From the IMG/VR virus record IMGVR_UViG_3300031134_000001, positions 96,001 through 160,000 of that record: a DNA stretch of 64,000 nucleotides; one strand, given 5' to 3'. This document shows, one piece after another, positions 27,590 to 38,034 of the stretch (position 1 is the first letter of the stretch; each line of letters opens with the position of its first letter). The notes under the pieces were generated by a model that was given only the letters and a program-made list of their open reading frames with translations, was not told where the DNA came from and ran no database searches. The stretch is from a virus (lineage: Duplodnaviria; Caudoviricetes). The position numbers and the translations under genes were made by a program.

Positions 27590-28528
27590 ATGAAAATCAT
27601 TGACTTTTTCAAGTCGCTGCTGCCGAACTTCGCCAAGCAGACCGTGCTGGAAGATATCCGCACCACCAAGCTGATCATGACCACGGTCACGATGCCGGCT
27701 TACCAAGAAGGCATGCGCGTTTTCGGCGGACGCAAGTTCAGTAACGAAAGCCTGCAAAAGGATTGGGAAATCTATCGCCGCAATGTCAAGGGCGCTTCTG
27801 GCGCCAATACCATCGTCGCGGTCGAAAAGTCGTTCAAGGATGTACTGTCGACGCTCGACCTGCTGGAAACGCTGGTGGAGAAGGACTACAACGAAGACAT
27901 CGAAGGTTCGGGCGTGACGTACTACAAAGCGGCTGTCCTGCAAATGATCGAGTCGGTCAGCTTTGCCGTGGACTTCGCCACCAAGTACCTGAACTACGTT
28001 TACGTGGTCGAGTCGGCTTCGTTGTTCGACGACAACGGTGTGCATCGTGACGAAAACGGCGGCATTACGGTGGTTGATGAAATCAACGCGTCGATCGTGC
28101 CTGCGGAAGTGCGTTTCCTGCATGATCGCTTCATGGACTTCTGCACCGTGATGGATACGTTGTCCAAGCCAACCACGAAGATCAAAGAAAACTTCGAGGA
28201 AATCCCGGACATCACCATCACGCCGTCGGGCGACCGCGCCATCCAATCGACGATGGGTACTGCCCGCCTCGATCCGTTCCGCCACGGCTTCGTGCCGCTG
28301 GCCATGAATCCGATCTACCACATTCGTATGCAGGCTGCTGACTGGCAGCACTATCGCTACGAGCGTGCCAAGGCCGACAAAGAGATGCTGCAGCTGCGTA
28401 AGCTCAAGCTCGAACGTGACATGGCGAATAAGCCTGACGCCGCTATCGAACGCCAGATCGAATACACGCAAAAGCGTATCGAAGATCTGTCCACCCAGAT
28501 CCGGAAAGTCGAGGAGCAATATGCCTGA
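27590..28528 (+). CDS. Inner-body/head protein (phiKZ gp90-like)
   Basis: 312 aa, C-terminal coiled coil, strong codon bias. Synteny. Confidence 0.6.
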   Translation: MKIIDFFKSLLPNFAKQTVLEDIRTTKLIMTTVTMPAYQEGMRVFGGRKFSNESLQKDWEIYRRNVKGASGANTIVAVEKSFKDVLSTLDLLETLVEKDYNEDIEGSGVTYYKAAVLQMIESVSFAVDFATKYLNYVYVVESASLFDDNGVHRDENGGITVVDEINASIVPAEVRFLHDRFMDFCTVMDTLSKPTTKIKENFEEIPDITITPSGDRAIQSTMGTARLDPFRHGFVPLAMNPIYHIRMQAADWQHYRYERAKADKEMLQLRKLKLERDMANKPDAAIERQIEYTQKRIEDLSTQIRKVEEQYA

Positions 28529-29123
28529 TTTCGCCCCGGCCTATAAAGGCTACCGCGTCTATCCACGCGGCTTTCTGGGAGCGAACCTGGGTGAGCAAGT
28601 CAAACCTACGGAGCGTCCCTTCGCTGCGCAACTGCGTTCCCACACGTACCACCCGGCCTGGCTGAACGGTACGCCCAATCCGAAAGAAGTCAACCGCGCA
28701 ATCGATGGTCTGTGGCGCCATCTGAATGATGGCCCGAGCGTGCTCGATGCTGTGGAATACCGTGAGAAAGTATTGACGGTTGCCCTCAAGGCGTTTGGCA
28801 CCCCTGACTTCTATGAGTGGCTGAACGTTCAAATCAAAGGTCCGTCGACTGGCGATTTGCACATGCGCTTCTTGCAAGACACCTTGGAATTCATCGAGAC
28901 CGGCCACCGCAGCTTAAACCTGCATGCCTGGGCCGCGATGCTCTCCATGTCCAACATCACTCACGATGATGTGGACGAAGGCCAATTCAACTGGTTCTTC
29001 ATCACAACCGACAAGCGCCCAAAGAACATGAGCGTGCTCGATGTGGTGCAGCGCTGGTGCGGTCAGAATGGCGGATTTGCCGACATGATCCAAACTCTAC
29101 ACGTATTGTTTGGCGAAGTCTAA
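28521..29123 (+). CDS. Conserved hypothetical protein (phiKZ gp91-like by position)
   Basis: ATG at 28521 with GAGGAG SD; overlaps the previous stop. Confidence 0.65.
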   Translation: MPDFAPAYKGYRVYPRGFLGANLGEQVKPTERPFAAQLRSHTYHPAWLNGTPNPKEVNRAIDGLWRHLNDGPSVLDAVEYREKVLTVALKAFGTPDFYEWLNVQIKGPSTGDLHMRFLQDTLEFIETGHRSLNLHAWAAMLSMSNITHDDVDEGQFNWFFITTDKRPKNMSVLDVVQRWCGQNGGFADMIQTLHVLFGEV

Positions 29124-29131
29124 TTATCCCT

Positions 29132-29205
29132 ATGACTTACCTTGCGCTAACTTTGTAGATAGTATAGTAGCAAGGTAAGATGTCATTTCCTATTCCGCGC
29201 GGAAT
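29132..29205 (+). promoter_or_regulatory. Structured leader of the major inner-body gene: hairpin plus 14-bp palindrome, with TATG at its 5' edge
   Basis: CTTACCTTGC (29136-29145) / GCAAGGTAAG (29170-29179); perfect palindrome ATTCCGCGCGGAAT (29192-29205). Confidence 0.45.
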
Positions 29206-29255
29206 GAAGTAGTTATTTATTCAATCAATTAAACCCATTGCAATGGAGCATCAAA

Positions 29256-30671
29256 ATGCGTAACAGCCGTAACTATGGTATCGTCACCCGTCTGGCCATC
29301 GAAGGTCTGGAAGCCAATGCCGTCGCCCCAGGTGAAGAAGTCGCAGCAGAACCCGTCGAAGCCGGCGCGGACAGCCTCGAAGCCGAACTGGTCGAGATCA
29401 ACAGCGATGTCGTGAACATCGAAGTCACCGAAGAAACCACCGACAGCGCCGTCGAAGTCGTGGAAGAAATGGAAGAAGCCGCAGTCGCCCTGGAATCGAT
29501 CGCTGCCAACGGCGGCCTGGATCGCAACGGTGCGCGCGTCTGGAACCTGTACGCAGCTTCCCTGAACCGCCGCGTCGGTTTCGACGAAAACTACAAGCTC
29601 CTGTCGGTCGAATCGTTCGGCGGCACCGCTGACCGCGTCAGCACCACCCGCCTGGCTGCTGAATCGATCGCTGACAAAGCGAAAGAACTGTGGGGCAAGA
29701 TCGTGGAAATGTTCCGCGCCGCTGTCGCTGCTGTCGTCGCTGTCTGGAACCGCCTGTTCGACGGCGCCACCAAGCTCAAGGCTCGCGCCGAGAAGCTGGC
29801 CAAGGCCGCTAGCGACATCAAAGCTGACGACAAGCAAGCCACGTTCGAAAACCAGAAGCTGGCCGAAAACCTGCACATCGGCGGCACCGTCGACGCGAAG
29901 AAAGCTGCTGCTGCCATCGTCGCCGAAACCGTCATGCTGAGCGCCATCACCAAAGCCTCGATCCAGTTCGCCGGCCAAGCCACCTCGATGATCGAATCGG
30001 GCGACCTGGGCATGCTGACCCAACTGACCCAAACCATCCACGGCGCCGCCAACAGCGGCTTCACCAAAGTGGCTGACGCTGCTTCGGTCGGCATGGGTGC
30101 TGCTGGCGAAGGTCTGGAACTGATGCGCGGTGAAGAACTGCCAGGTAACAAGGCCGTGATCGCCTTCGTCCCAACCGCTGGCGCCAAGCCAGAAGCCCTG
30201 GGCCGCGTCGGCTACAAGCTCGGCACCTTCGATGCGTCGAAGAAAGTCGCTGACAAGTCGCAACTGCCGACCCTGTCGAAAGAAGACGTCATCGCTGTCG
30301 CCAAGACCATCGGCCAAGCTGCTGACCATCTGCTGTCGTACAAGTCGGCACAGAAAGAAGCCGAAGCTGCTGCGAAGAAAGTCATCGCCCTGGCCGAGCA
30401 GAAAGCCAAAGAAACCGCACGTGCTTCGACCGGCGAAGGCGCAGTCAACGCAGTCAAAGGCGCCGGCAAGGCCCTGATGGCTGGTTCGGATGAGCGCGCC
30501 ATCGCCAAAGGCGCCATGAACGCCGTGGTCAGCGCCGCGCCTCCACTGGCCGGCTTCGCACTGAACGCTGGTGGTTACGTCCTGCAATACGGCGAGCAAT
30601 CGCTGAAGCAGTACGGCGCCGCCAAGAAGGAAGAAAAGCCAGCAGCTGAGCCTGCCAAGGCAGCCGCTTAA
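29256..30671 (+). CDS. Abundant inner-body protein (phiKZ gp93/95/97 paralog family)
   Basis: ATG at 29256 after GGAG, with extreme codon bias. Acidic propeptide with AIE, SLE, ALE, SVE and AAE sites, then ESIADKAKELWGKIVEMF. Confidence 0.7.
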   Translation: MRNSRNYGIVTRLAIEGLEANAVAPGEEVAAEPVEAGADSLEAELVEINSDVVNIEVTEETTDSAVEVVEEMEEAAVALESIAANGGLDRNGARVWNLYAASLNRRVGFDENYKLLSVESFGGTADRVSTTRLAAESIADKAKELWGKIVEMFRAAVAAVVAVWNRLFDGATKLKARAEKLAKAASDIKADDKQATFENQKLAENLHIGGTVDAKKAAAAIVAETVMLSAITKASIQFAGQATSMIESGDLGMLTQLTQTIHGAANSGFTKVADAASVGMGAAGEGLELMRGEELPGNKAVIAFVPTAGAKPEALGRVGYKLGTFDASKKVADKSQLPTLSKEDVIAVAKTIGQAADHLLSYKSAQKEAEAAAKKVIALAEQKAKETARASTGEGAVNAVKGAGKALMAGSDERAIAKGAMNAVVSAAPPLAGFALNAGGYVLQYGEQSLKQYGAAKKEEKPAAEPAKAAA

Positions 30672-30687
30672 TTAACGGCTAAGTAGT

Positions 30688-30738
30688 ATCCCCTTCACTC
30701 TCGGCAGCATGGAGGGTGAAGGGGATTACTTCTTTTTT
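30688..30738 (+). terminator. Intrinsic terminator
   Basis: ATCCCCTTCAC / GTGAAGGGGAT stem followed by a T-rich run. Confidence 0.75.
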
Positions 30739-30774
30739 TCCATCATCCGAACAAATTCACGTAAAGGTACTGTG

Positions 30775-32214
30775 ATGCGTCGCTATCAACTGAACAAAGA
30801 CGTTGCTGTCAAAGTCGCTGCTAAGCCAGCGAACGAAGGCATCGACGTCACCCTCGCCATCGAGAACATGACGATCGACCAAGTCCTGGTCAATCGCTAC
30901 GTGCCATCGCTGGAAGAAGAAATCGTCGATCTGCAAGAAGCGGATCAACTGCAAGCGCAAGCTGACGCCGACGTGGCTGAAACCACCCGCGTGGAAGACG
31001 TCACCGACGTCATGCTGAACGTTGCAGACACACTCGACACCGTCGAAGAAATCACCCCGCAACAAGCCATGCTGACCGACACCGTGTCGGAAATGGCTGT
31101 GGCTGGTACGGATGGCGATCCTGACGACGTGATCCCGTCGGCCGCTGACGTGACCGAAGGCAAGATCTCGCTCGAATCGTTCGTCGAAGACATCCGCAAA
31201 CGCGCCGCCGAAATCTGGGCCCGCATTCGCCAGTTCTGCCTGGAAATCTGGAACACCATCAAGGAGTTCTTCAACCGCATCTTCCACGCTGCGCCGCGCC
31301 TGCTGGCTCGCGTCAAGGAACTGCGTAGCGCCGTCGAAGCCAAGAAGAAAGGCAACCTCGCGCCAACCGCCGGGTTCGTCGTACCGCTGATGGGCGCCAA
31401 CTCGGTGTCGTATCCAGGCTACATGGTGCGCAACCAATCCGAACTGGCCAAGGGTCTGTCCCAGCTGGAAGGTCTGGCCAAGTACGCTTACGGCAACTAC
31501 CTCAAAGACTGCAAGTCGATGGGTGAGTTCGTCGCTGGCGAACTGAAGAAGTTCGATGTCAAGAACCCAGCTGAACACCTGAAGAACGTTGCCCAAACCG
31601 TGCAACGCAACAACTTCACCAACTGGCCTGGCAATCCGCCAACCGGTTACATGGGCTGCTTCGACGTCATCCCATCCAAGCTCGACAAGAACAAGACCAA
31701 GGACTTGTCGCACGCACAGATCGTCTCGGCGCTGCGTAGCTCGGGCATGCGTCTGCAAGCGCGTCACGGCAGTGCTGCACTGGTTAACACCAAGAACCAG
31801 TTCACCACCATGGACTTCCCGCAAATGGAATCCACGCTCAAGCAAGTCGAGAGCCTGGTCAAGCTGATCGTCGGTTTCGAATCGTCGGCTGACAGCAAGT
31901 CCCTGGAAAAGGTCCGTCAAGACCTGATCAGCGGTGGCGACCATGCTTCGGCTGAAGTCGGCAAGATCAACGTCACAGCTGGCGGCACCGACGCCATGAG
32001 CGCGACCGAGCGTCAGTACACGATGGACGTCATGAAATCGCTGGCCAACTTCAACACCACGCTCACGCGCTGGATGACGGAGCTGACCATGCCAGTGACG
32101 AAGAAGATCTACCAAAGCTGCCGTACGTCGCTCGTGCTGGTCGAGAAGTCGCTCGGCGACTACAAGGCCGGTGCTGCTGCGTCTGCAGTTGCTGGTGGCG
32201 GTATCGCTTCGTAA
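30775..32214 (+). CDS. Inner-body protein, paralog of 29256-30671
   Basis: ATG at 30775 after AAAGG. Acidic propeptide with AIE and SLE sites; SLESFVEDIRKRAAEIWARIRQF...RLLARVKEL aligns with the preceding gene. Confidence 0.7.
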   Translation: MRRYQLNKDVAVKVAAKPANEGIDVTLAIENMTIDQVLVNRYVPSLEEEIVDLQEADQLQAQADADVAETTRVEDVTDVMLNVADTLDTVEEITPQQAMLTDTVSEMAVAGTDGDPDDVIPSAADVTEGKISLESFVEDIRKRAAEIWARIRQFCLEIWNTIKEFFNRIFHAAPRLLARVKELRSAVEAKKKGNLAPTAGFVVPLMGANSVSYPGYMVRNQSELAKGLSQLEGLAKYAYGNYLKDCKSMGEFVAGELKKFDVKNPAEHLKNVAQTVQRNNFTNWPGNPPTGYMGCFDVIPSKLDKNKTKDLSHAQIVSALRSSGMRLQARHGSAALVNTKNQFTTMDFPQMESTLKQVESLVKLIVGFESSADSKSLEKVRQDLISGGDHASAEVGKINVTAGGTDAMSATERQYTMDVMKSLANFNTTLTRWMTELTMPVTKKIYQSCRTSLVLVEKSLGDYKAGAAASAVAGGGIAS

Positions 32215-32228
32215 GCGAGTCCTCCTCG

Positions 32229-32268
32229 AAAAAACCCTACTGTCCTGTTGGATGGTGGGGTTTTTTTT
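32229..32268 (+). terminator. Intrinsic terminator followed by TATGACGC
   Basis: AAAAAACCCTAC...GTGGGGTTTTTTTT. Confidence 0.7.
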
Positions 32269-32320
32269 ATGACGCCTATAAAAAGGTGGATGGTATGAGC
32301 TTTACTTTAGGAAGCAAATT

Positions 32321-33865
32321 ATGCCAATGATTAAGTTACCCGTTCCAGAAACCACTGAGAGTGTTACCCGTCCTGTGATGTTGGACGTTGTACGTCAACT
32401 CATGGTCTTGACCGGTATCTCCAAGAAAACCAACATCGTCTACTTTGGCGACATGGAACGTAGCAAACAGCTTAACTCTGCCATCGGTGAATCCGAGAAA
32501 GACGATCCCAACACCTTTGCGGCCAATGACAAGATCACCATTGAAATCTCTGAGAACTATTACAGCGATCTCGTGGTCAACGACGCCGTCGAGCGCCCTG
32601 AGAATCTGCTGGTGTTCCAAGACGCGCCGCTGTCGATCACGGTCAAGCCGATCTACAAGCAAATGGATGCCAACATCAGTTTCAAGTACCGCACCAAAAA
32701 CGAGAACGAAGCCATTCAATGGCGCGACTACATCAAGTCACGCATCACGCAAAAGTCTGAACTGTATCTGCACAATGTCAGTTACGCGTTCGGCATTCCG
32801 GAAGAATGCATCTTTATCCTCAAAGAACTGCACCGCCTGCGGGAGAACGTTGCGGGCTTTGACGAAGACTTTGACACGTACTTCGCCAAACACCGTACGC
32901 CCAAGATGACGATGCTGACGAACTTAAACGGTACGGCCAAGATGTGGGCTGTGCCTGAAACGCAAACCCGCATCCAAGGTTGGTTCGATTGGGGCGAAGC
33001 GCCTGAGAAGGCCACGCGCGATGGTGATGGCGGTACGTACACCGTGTCGTTTAATTACATCTTCCGCTACGCTCGCCCGTCTGAAGTTTACATGATGTAC
33101 CCGATCGTTGTGCATAACCAAATGCTTGACAAGAAGTTCCGGGATGTGAAACTCGAAGACCATAACGACCTGGAAACAGTAGCGTCCATGAACTCACGCT
33201 TGTTCCGTTCGTTTGAGGGGGCGCTCTGGAGCGACAAACAAGTACAAGACTTTGGTTTTTCAGTGCCATCCTACGATGAGTTCTGGCCAGCCATGACGGC
33301 CCGCAATACCCGGCGGCTGTTAACCTTGCTGTTTACGCTCGACCAGATGAATCCGCGACTGTTCATGAATATCGGCACTGTCAAGAACCGGCAATTCCAT
33401 CCTGATATTTTGGCGTACATCCGCGCTGAGCGTGAGTACCTGGCCAAGCCCGCCATGAGTGCGATCAATATCGGTCTGTACAAGAACGAGTTTTTAATCG
33501 ACCATGATCCCGTGCCGTTTACGATCGACGCTGATTTGAATGTGGTAGGTAAGCTGTCGATTAACTGGCGTGTGCAGCATCACTTGCGCATCAGTCTGTT
33601 TACCGATTGGCAATCCTTGCGTGGCGGCGCCTTACAGCGCTTACAAGACCATGGCCGCGCCGCCATTCTCATGTTGCTGGCCATTGACCCAACACTCAAG
33701 CAACGTGGGTTCTTGCCTGTCTTAATCGACGATAACTTCGTCTCCAAGACCAGTTTGTTAATCGCCATCCAAAACATGCAACCAATGGAAACCCCAGTGT
33801 TCATGGGGCCTACTGGCATGATGTATACTGTCCAGACGGTGTTCGTCGAGACGGATCGTCAATAG
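32321..33865 (+). CDS. Virion structural protein (tail/baseplate region, phiKZ gp98-like by position)
   Basis: 514-aa ORF in the conserved structural block. Confidence 0.55.
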   Translation: MPMIKLPVPETTESVTRPVMLDVVRQLMVLTGISKKTNIVYFGDMERSKQLNSAIGESEKDDPNTFAANDKITIEISENYYSDLVVNDAVERPENLLVFQDAPLSITVKPIYKQMDANISFKYRTKNENEAIQWRDYIKSRITQKSELYLHNVSYAFGIPEECIFILKELHRLRENVAGFDEDFDTYFAKHRTPKMTMLTNLNGTAKMWAVPETQTRIQGWFDWGEAPEKATRDGDGGTYTVSFNYIFRYARPSEVYMMYPIVVHNQMLDKKFRDVKLEDHNDLETVASMNSRLFRSFEGALWSDKQVQDFGFSVPSYDEFWPAMTARNTRRLLTLLFTLDQMNPRLFMNIGTVKNRQFHPDILAYIRAEREYLAKPAMSAINIGLYKNEFLIDHDPVPFTIDADLNVVGKLSINWRVQHHLRISLFTDWQSLRGGALQRLQDHGRAAILMLLAIDPTLKQRGFLPVLIDDNFVSKTSLLIAIQNMQPMETPVFMGPTGMMYTVQTVFVETDRQ

Positions 33866-33887
33866 CCACCTTTAAGAAAGAATACGC

Positions 33888-35255
33888 ATGCCTGTTATCG
33901 AAGACGACGCCCCTGGCGCGTTACCATCCAAGACCCCATCCCCTGTTCAGATCGCAGCGCCTGAATACAAAGGCATTACGGTCGATACTCGCTACGAGCC
34001 AGCCCGCGCTTTACTGACACACATCGAGGGGATGGCGTGGACGGTGAATTACTACAGCCAAGTGCTGGGCAAAGACAATGCGTTGTCCAGCCAGAACGTG
34101 GATCGCTCGGCGGTGTTCCAAGGCTACAAGCGCATCATCGCGTTAGAGCTCAAAGTCACCACAGCGCTTAACACCACGCAAGACCAACAGACCAAGAACT
34201 TCTCGGTCACCGGTCAAGCCAACCTGATTCCGTGTGGCCTGATCCCCAACGAAGGCGACTGCTTTATCGCTGACGTAGGTGACGGCCGTGAAGCGGTGTT
34301 TGAAATCACCAGCAGTGAAAAGCGTTCGATCTACAAAGACGGCGCGTACGTGATCGACTACAAGCTCGTGGACTATAGCGAGCAAGATGCGCGTATCGCT
34401 GACTTGACCATCAAGACTGTGGAAGAGTTGCAGTTCGATCGCGCGAGTCTGGAAGCTGGTCAGAAAGGTCTGATCCATAGCACTGACTTTGCCATCACGC
34501 AAAAGCTGCGCGGTTACTACGCTGAAATGTCGGACTACTACTTCGGCCGATTCTTCAGCAACAAACGTGGGACGATGCTGCTGCCAGCGCAGAACGTGGA
34601 GATTTACGATCCGTTCTTAACTGACGCCGTGCTGCGCATGTTCCGGGATGAGCCGCACGAGAACATCCGCCGTATTCGCCAGCTGAACATCTACGAAGAC
34701 GACAACTACGATTCGCCCACAGTCTGGACAGCGCTGCGTAACAAACGCCGTAAGGACCTGATCGGTTGCACGCGTCGTGTGGCTCTGGTCGCTACCAAGC
34801 ACTTCTCGCCTAATCCAGTGCTAAACAGTGCACGGTATTCGGGTGTGCAGTACGTGGTGTATCCGGTCGATGCGGTCAAGTCGGAAGACTACCATCACCG
34901 TGATCTGAGTAAACCGCTGGCTGTGGAAAGCATCCAGCTCTCACCGACACGCTTGATCAGCCTGACTGATCTGATCCAGATCACAGAACTCAATGGTTTG
35001 CCGTCGTTTAGCGCGCAAGCGATTTTGCCATCGCACAAAGACACGTATGTCTTCTCGCCCGCGTTCTACAACCAAACCAACCCAGGACAGTCTGCGCTCG
35101 AACTGGCGTTTAACGCCTACCTGGATGACAAAGCGTACAACATGAAACTACTGCAAGAACTGTGCGTGAGCTACACCTCGTGGGCACCACTCGAACAGTT
35201 CTACCAAATGCCATTCTTGATGGCCATTGTGCGTAGTGCAATCGGGAGGCTGTAA
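33888..35255 (+). CDS. Virion structural protein (phiKZ gp99-like by position)
   Basis: 455 aa; its stop overlaps the next start (TAATG). Confidence 0.55.
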   Translation: MPVIEDDAPGALPSKTPSPVQIAAPEYKGITVDTRYEPARALLTHIEGMAWTVNYYSQVLGKDNALSSQNVDRSAVFQGYKRIIALELKVTTALNTTQDQQTKNFSVTGQANLIPCGLIPNEGDCFIADVGDGREAVFEITSSEKRSIYKDGAYVIDYKLVDYSEQDARIADLTIKTVEELQFDRASLEAGQKGLIHSTDFAITQKLRGYYAEMSDYYFGRFFSNKRGTMLLPAQNVEIYDPFLTDAVLRMFRDEPHENIRRIRQLNIYEDDNYDSPTVWTALRNKRRKDLIGCTRRVALVATKHFSPNPVLNSARYSGVQYVVYPVDAVKSEDYHHRDLSKPLAVESIQLSPTRLISLTDLIQITELNGLPSFSAQAILPSHKDTYVFSPAFYNQTNPGQSALELAFNAYLDDKAYNMKLLQELCVSYTSWAPLEQFYQMPFLMAIVRSAIGRL

Positions 35256-35956
35256 TGGCGTGGATTCCTGTTCACCAGCGTAGTACTGGCTGGTACTTGT
35301 TTAACAAGCTGTTTCACGTGCGGATCAATCCGCGGCAAGTGCGTACTGCCGAAGACATCAAACTGTTCGGTACACCCACTACCGGCAACGAAGACTTCGA
35401 CCGGGAGATGGACAAAGCCGAGCACGTGGTGATGTGGCCGATCTCGCAGATGGAAGCGCACTTCTCTGGTGGCTACAACGTGAAACTCGTCAAGCGTGAT
35501 GAGTGTTCCGAGATCTACACCTTGATCAGCAACCACCTCTCGGCGATGCGTAACTTAACCGTAGAGTCGGAGAACTCGGCCAACAGTCCTGAGATGATGG
35601 ATGAACTCATTCGACTGGACCGGTTTGCTGAAGCGGTGTTTACCCATGCACGTTACGGTCTGCGCGACAACCTGCAACACGCGGGTTACGCACGGCGTGC
35701 AAAAGCCCGTGACCGCTTTGCTAGTCTGGCGGACTTGATCCACCGCGGCGAAGTCAGTCAAGCGACAGTTAACATGGTGCCGAGTAACTCTGTAGTGGGT
35801 CGTAACTACGGTACGGCAGAAGACTTGCCAGCACCCATTCCTGAAACCGGCCTAGTGCCATTAGATCCAATCGTGGAAGATCCGCGTTTACCCAAACGCG
35901 TAAGCTTGGCCCAAATGTTCGAAGAACGAAAGAACCTGGGTGCACGGTGGACGTAG
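35255..35956 (+). CDS. Conserved hypothetical protein (phiKZ gp100-like by position)
   Basis: 233-aa ORF, translationally coupled to the previous gene. Confidence 0.55.
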   Translation: MAWIPVHQRSTGWYLFNKLFHVRINPRQVRTAEDIKLFGTPTTGNEDFDREMDKAEHVVMWPISQMEAHFSGGYNVKLVKRDECSEIYTLISNHLSAMRNLTVESENSANSPEMMDELIRLDRFAEAVFTHARYGLRDNLQHAGYARRAKARDRFASLADLIHRGEVSQATVNMVPSNSVVGRNYGTAEDLPAPIPETGLVPLDPIVEDPRLPKRVSLAQMFEERKNLGARWT

Positions 35957-35965
35957 TGAGGACGT

Positions 35966-37327
35966 ATGGATATTGAAAAAAGTTCGCTCTGGCGTGAAGT
36001 ACAAGGCGTCTTAAGTGGTGGTAGTAAACCCGTACACCAGACATGGAGTGTGCGGATCTTTGCTGGTGGCGATACGATCATCCCGTTTAAGATCGTGTCG
36101 GTCGATATTGACCGCGATTACTTGAACAACTACACCGACTTCATTTTGGTAGACGTGCGGGTGCCTCTAGGCACTTACGCGAAACGGTTGTATCCACATC
36201 TGGCCAACGTAGAGATCGAGTTAAAGCGGGTCAACATTGGCGAGACCAGTGACGCAGCGCAGTTAAACGATGCTGTGGAAGTCGAGCGCTATACGGCCAT
36301 CATGATCGACACGGGTAATCCGATCATCGAAAACGGTGTGGGTAACACCACCTCTGAAGAAGACTTAAACCGCATCGAGATTTTAACGGTGAAGTTCCAA
36401 CTCTTGAATAAAGTGTTGGAGCAAATCCGCGTCATCCCCGTCGGCGGTATCCGCCGCAACATGACGGGTGAAGATGTGGTCAAGTCTGTCTTGACGCAAG
36501 CTTCGCAACTGGCAGACGTTGATACCAGTCGCAAGATCAAAGGCGTGCGGATGGTGCCTGCCTCGAACCAGCAAAAGCGTAGTGCGGTGATTCTGCCGCA
36601 CAACCTGGAGATGGTGAATGTGCCGCACCACGTGCACTACCACTGTGGCGGTTTGTACAACTCGGGGTTGGGTTACTATCTGCAAGACGATTACTGGCAT
36701 GTGTTCCCAGCGTTTGACAATACCCGGTTCAATGAAGGTGGCACAACCTTAACCATCATTAACCTGCCTCCACGTCGCTTGCCGGGTGTTGAGCGTACCT
36801 ACCGTAAGGATGGTGACAACTTGGTGGTGTTGGCTACTGGCGACTCGAACTTCCGAGATGTGAGTAACACCATGCAGCTCAATGCCGGTAACGGTGTGCG
36901 CTTTGCTGACGCGACATCCTTGCTCGATAGTTTCGCTACGGTGGCTAACAACAAAGCCCAAGCAGCGCGGGGCCGTAGCAATACCGAGATCATCACGGAC
37001 AAACGCCCGAATGGCATTAACTACACACCGACGGCTGCGCGCAGCATCAATGCCAATCCCTACGTGGAGTATTCGGCGCTGGCAGCGCGTCAAGGTAGCG
37101 GTATTAATCTGGTGTGGGAAAATGCCGACCACACGCTCTTGTATCCTGGGATGCCTGTGCGGGTGATGTATCTGGACGGGGCGGAGATCAAAGAGTTGTA
37201 CGGCGTGCTGTTAGGCGCGCATCTGTACGCGAGTCTGCGTGATGTTGGCGTGACGTCTGAACGGTTCGTGAACAACTTAACGTTAAGCGTGTTCGTCAAA
37301 CCAATGAGCAAAATGGCAGCAACCTAG
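35966..37327 (+). CDS. Baseplate hub-like virion protein (phiKZ gp101-like)
   Basis: 453-aa beta-rich ORF ending the conserved block; C-terminal LYPGMPVRV resembles hub proteins. Confidence 0.5.
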   Translation: MDIEKSSLWREVQGVLSGGSKPVHQTWSVRIFAGGDTIIPFKIVSVDIDRDYLNNYTDFILVDVRVPLGTYAKRLYPHLANVEIELKRVNIGETSDAAQLNDAVEVERYTAIMIDTGNPIIENGVGNTTSEEDLNRIEILTVKFQLLNKVLEQIRVIPVGGIRRNMTGEDVVKSVLTQASQLADVDTSRKIKGVRMVPASNQQKRSAVILPHNLEMVNVPHHVHYHCGGLYNSGLGYYLQDDYWHVFPAFDNTRFNEGGTTLTIINLPPRRLPGVERTYRKDGDNLVVLATGDSNFRDVSNTMQLNAGNGVRFADATSLLDSFATVANNKAQAARGRSNTEIITDKRPNGINYTPTAARSINANPYVEYSALAARQGSGINLVWENADHTLLYPGMPVRVMYLDGAEIKELYGVLLGAHLYASLRDVGVTSERFVNNLTLSVFVKPMSKMAAT

Positions 37328-37439
37328 AGAGGAGGCGGGGAATTGTTGTATTCCCTGCGCTTCTTTGGTAGTTATTTATTTATCTTATGCCTTACAGCTT
37401 TGCGCTGTCTTAGTTTACCCAGCTTTTTAAGGAGCCGCG

Positions 37440-38015
37440 ATGGCGACTGACCTCACTAAAGCGCCGTTGGAAATCCTGGTTGATCTGATCAACGACACCA
37501 ATGGCTGCGCTCTAACCACATCGGACATCACGTTCGGCCCCCCTTCTGCTTTGTTAAACAGCGCTCGCAATACGAGCCTGCGTATCACAGCAACCCCTAG
37601 CAGCGTCTACAGCGGCTCACGTGACGTTACGTACGACCGCATTGACATGGCGACCATTCCGGGCCTGCGCAGCACTGGGTTCGATCTGGGCACTGCCAGG
37701 ACTATCCGCGATTTGATCCCCATGATCAACAACGCGTATTTGCTTAACCTGCAGCCGGAAGATTACTACGACGACATCTTACCGAACTTCGGCCAAGGTG
37801 CTGACGTCAGTTACCACTTTACGCTGCGCGCCAAACCAGCGTCCTACATTTACCGTAATTGGTTGGTGTTGTCGGGCAATGGCAATCGCTTGGTGATTGG
37901 TGATGTGATTACCCAGAATCTGTTGTCGGGTTTCATCTTGCCAGAAATGAGCCAAGAACTGGAAGGCACTGAAATCTTAAATGGTTTCTTCTTCCCAGCG
38001 ACCGACCCCGTGTAG
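37440..38015 (+). CDS. Tail-associated paralog-family protein (phiKZ gp131-like N-terminal domain)
   Basis: LVDLINDTN...RNTSLRITA...YSGSRDVTYDRIDM pattern, shared with 38121-38609 and 44730-45257. Confidence 0.65.
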   Translation: MATDLTKAPLEILVDLINDTNGCALTTSDITFGPPSALLNSARNTSLRITATPSSVYSGSRDVTYDRIDMATIPGLRSTGFDLGTARTIRDLIPMINNAYLLNLQPEDYYDDILPNFGQGADVSYHFTLRAKPASYIYRNWLVLSGNGNRLVIGDVITQNLLSGFILPEMSQELEGTEILNGFFFPATDPV

Positions 38016-38034
38016 TTCCCCTGTTGGCTACAAA

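Noticed and set aside
28365-28520. Extended overlaps suggested by the ORF track (28365, 44484, 60067, 63273, 13741 starts)
   Set aside because: Better downstream starts with clear SD sequences exist, and no slippery heptamer was found in these overlaps, unlike 11561-11567.
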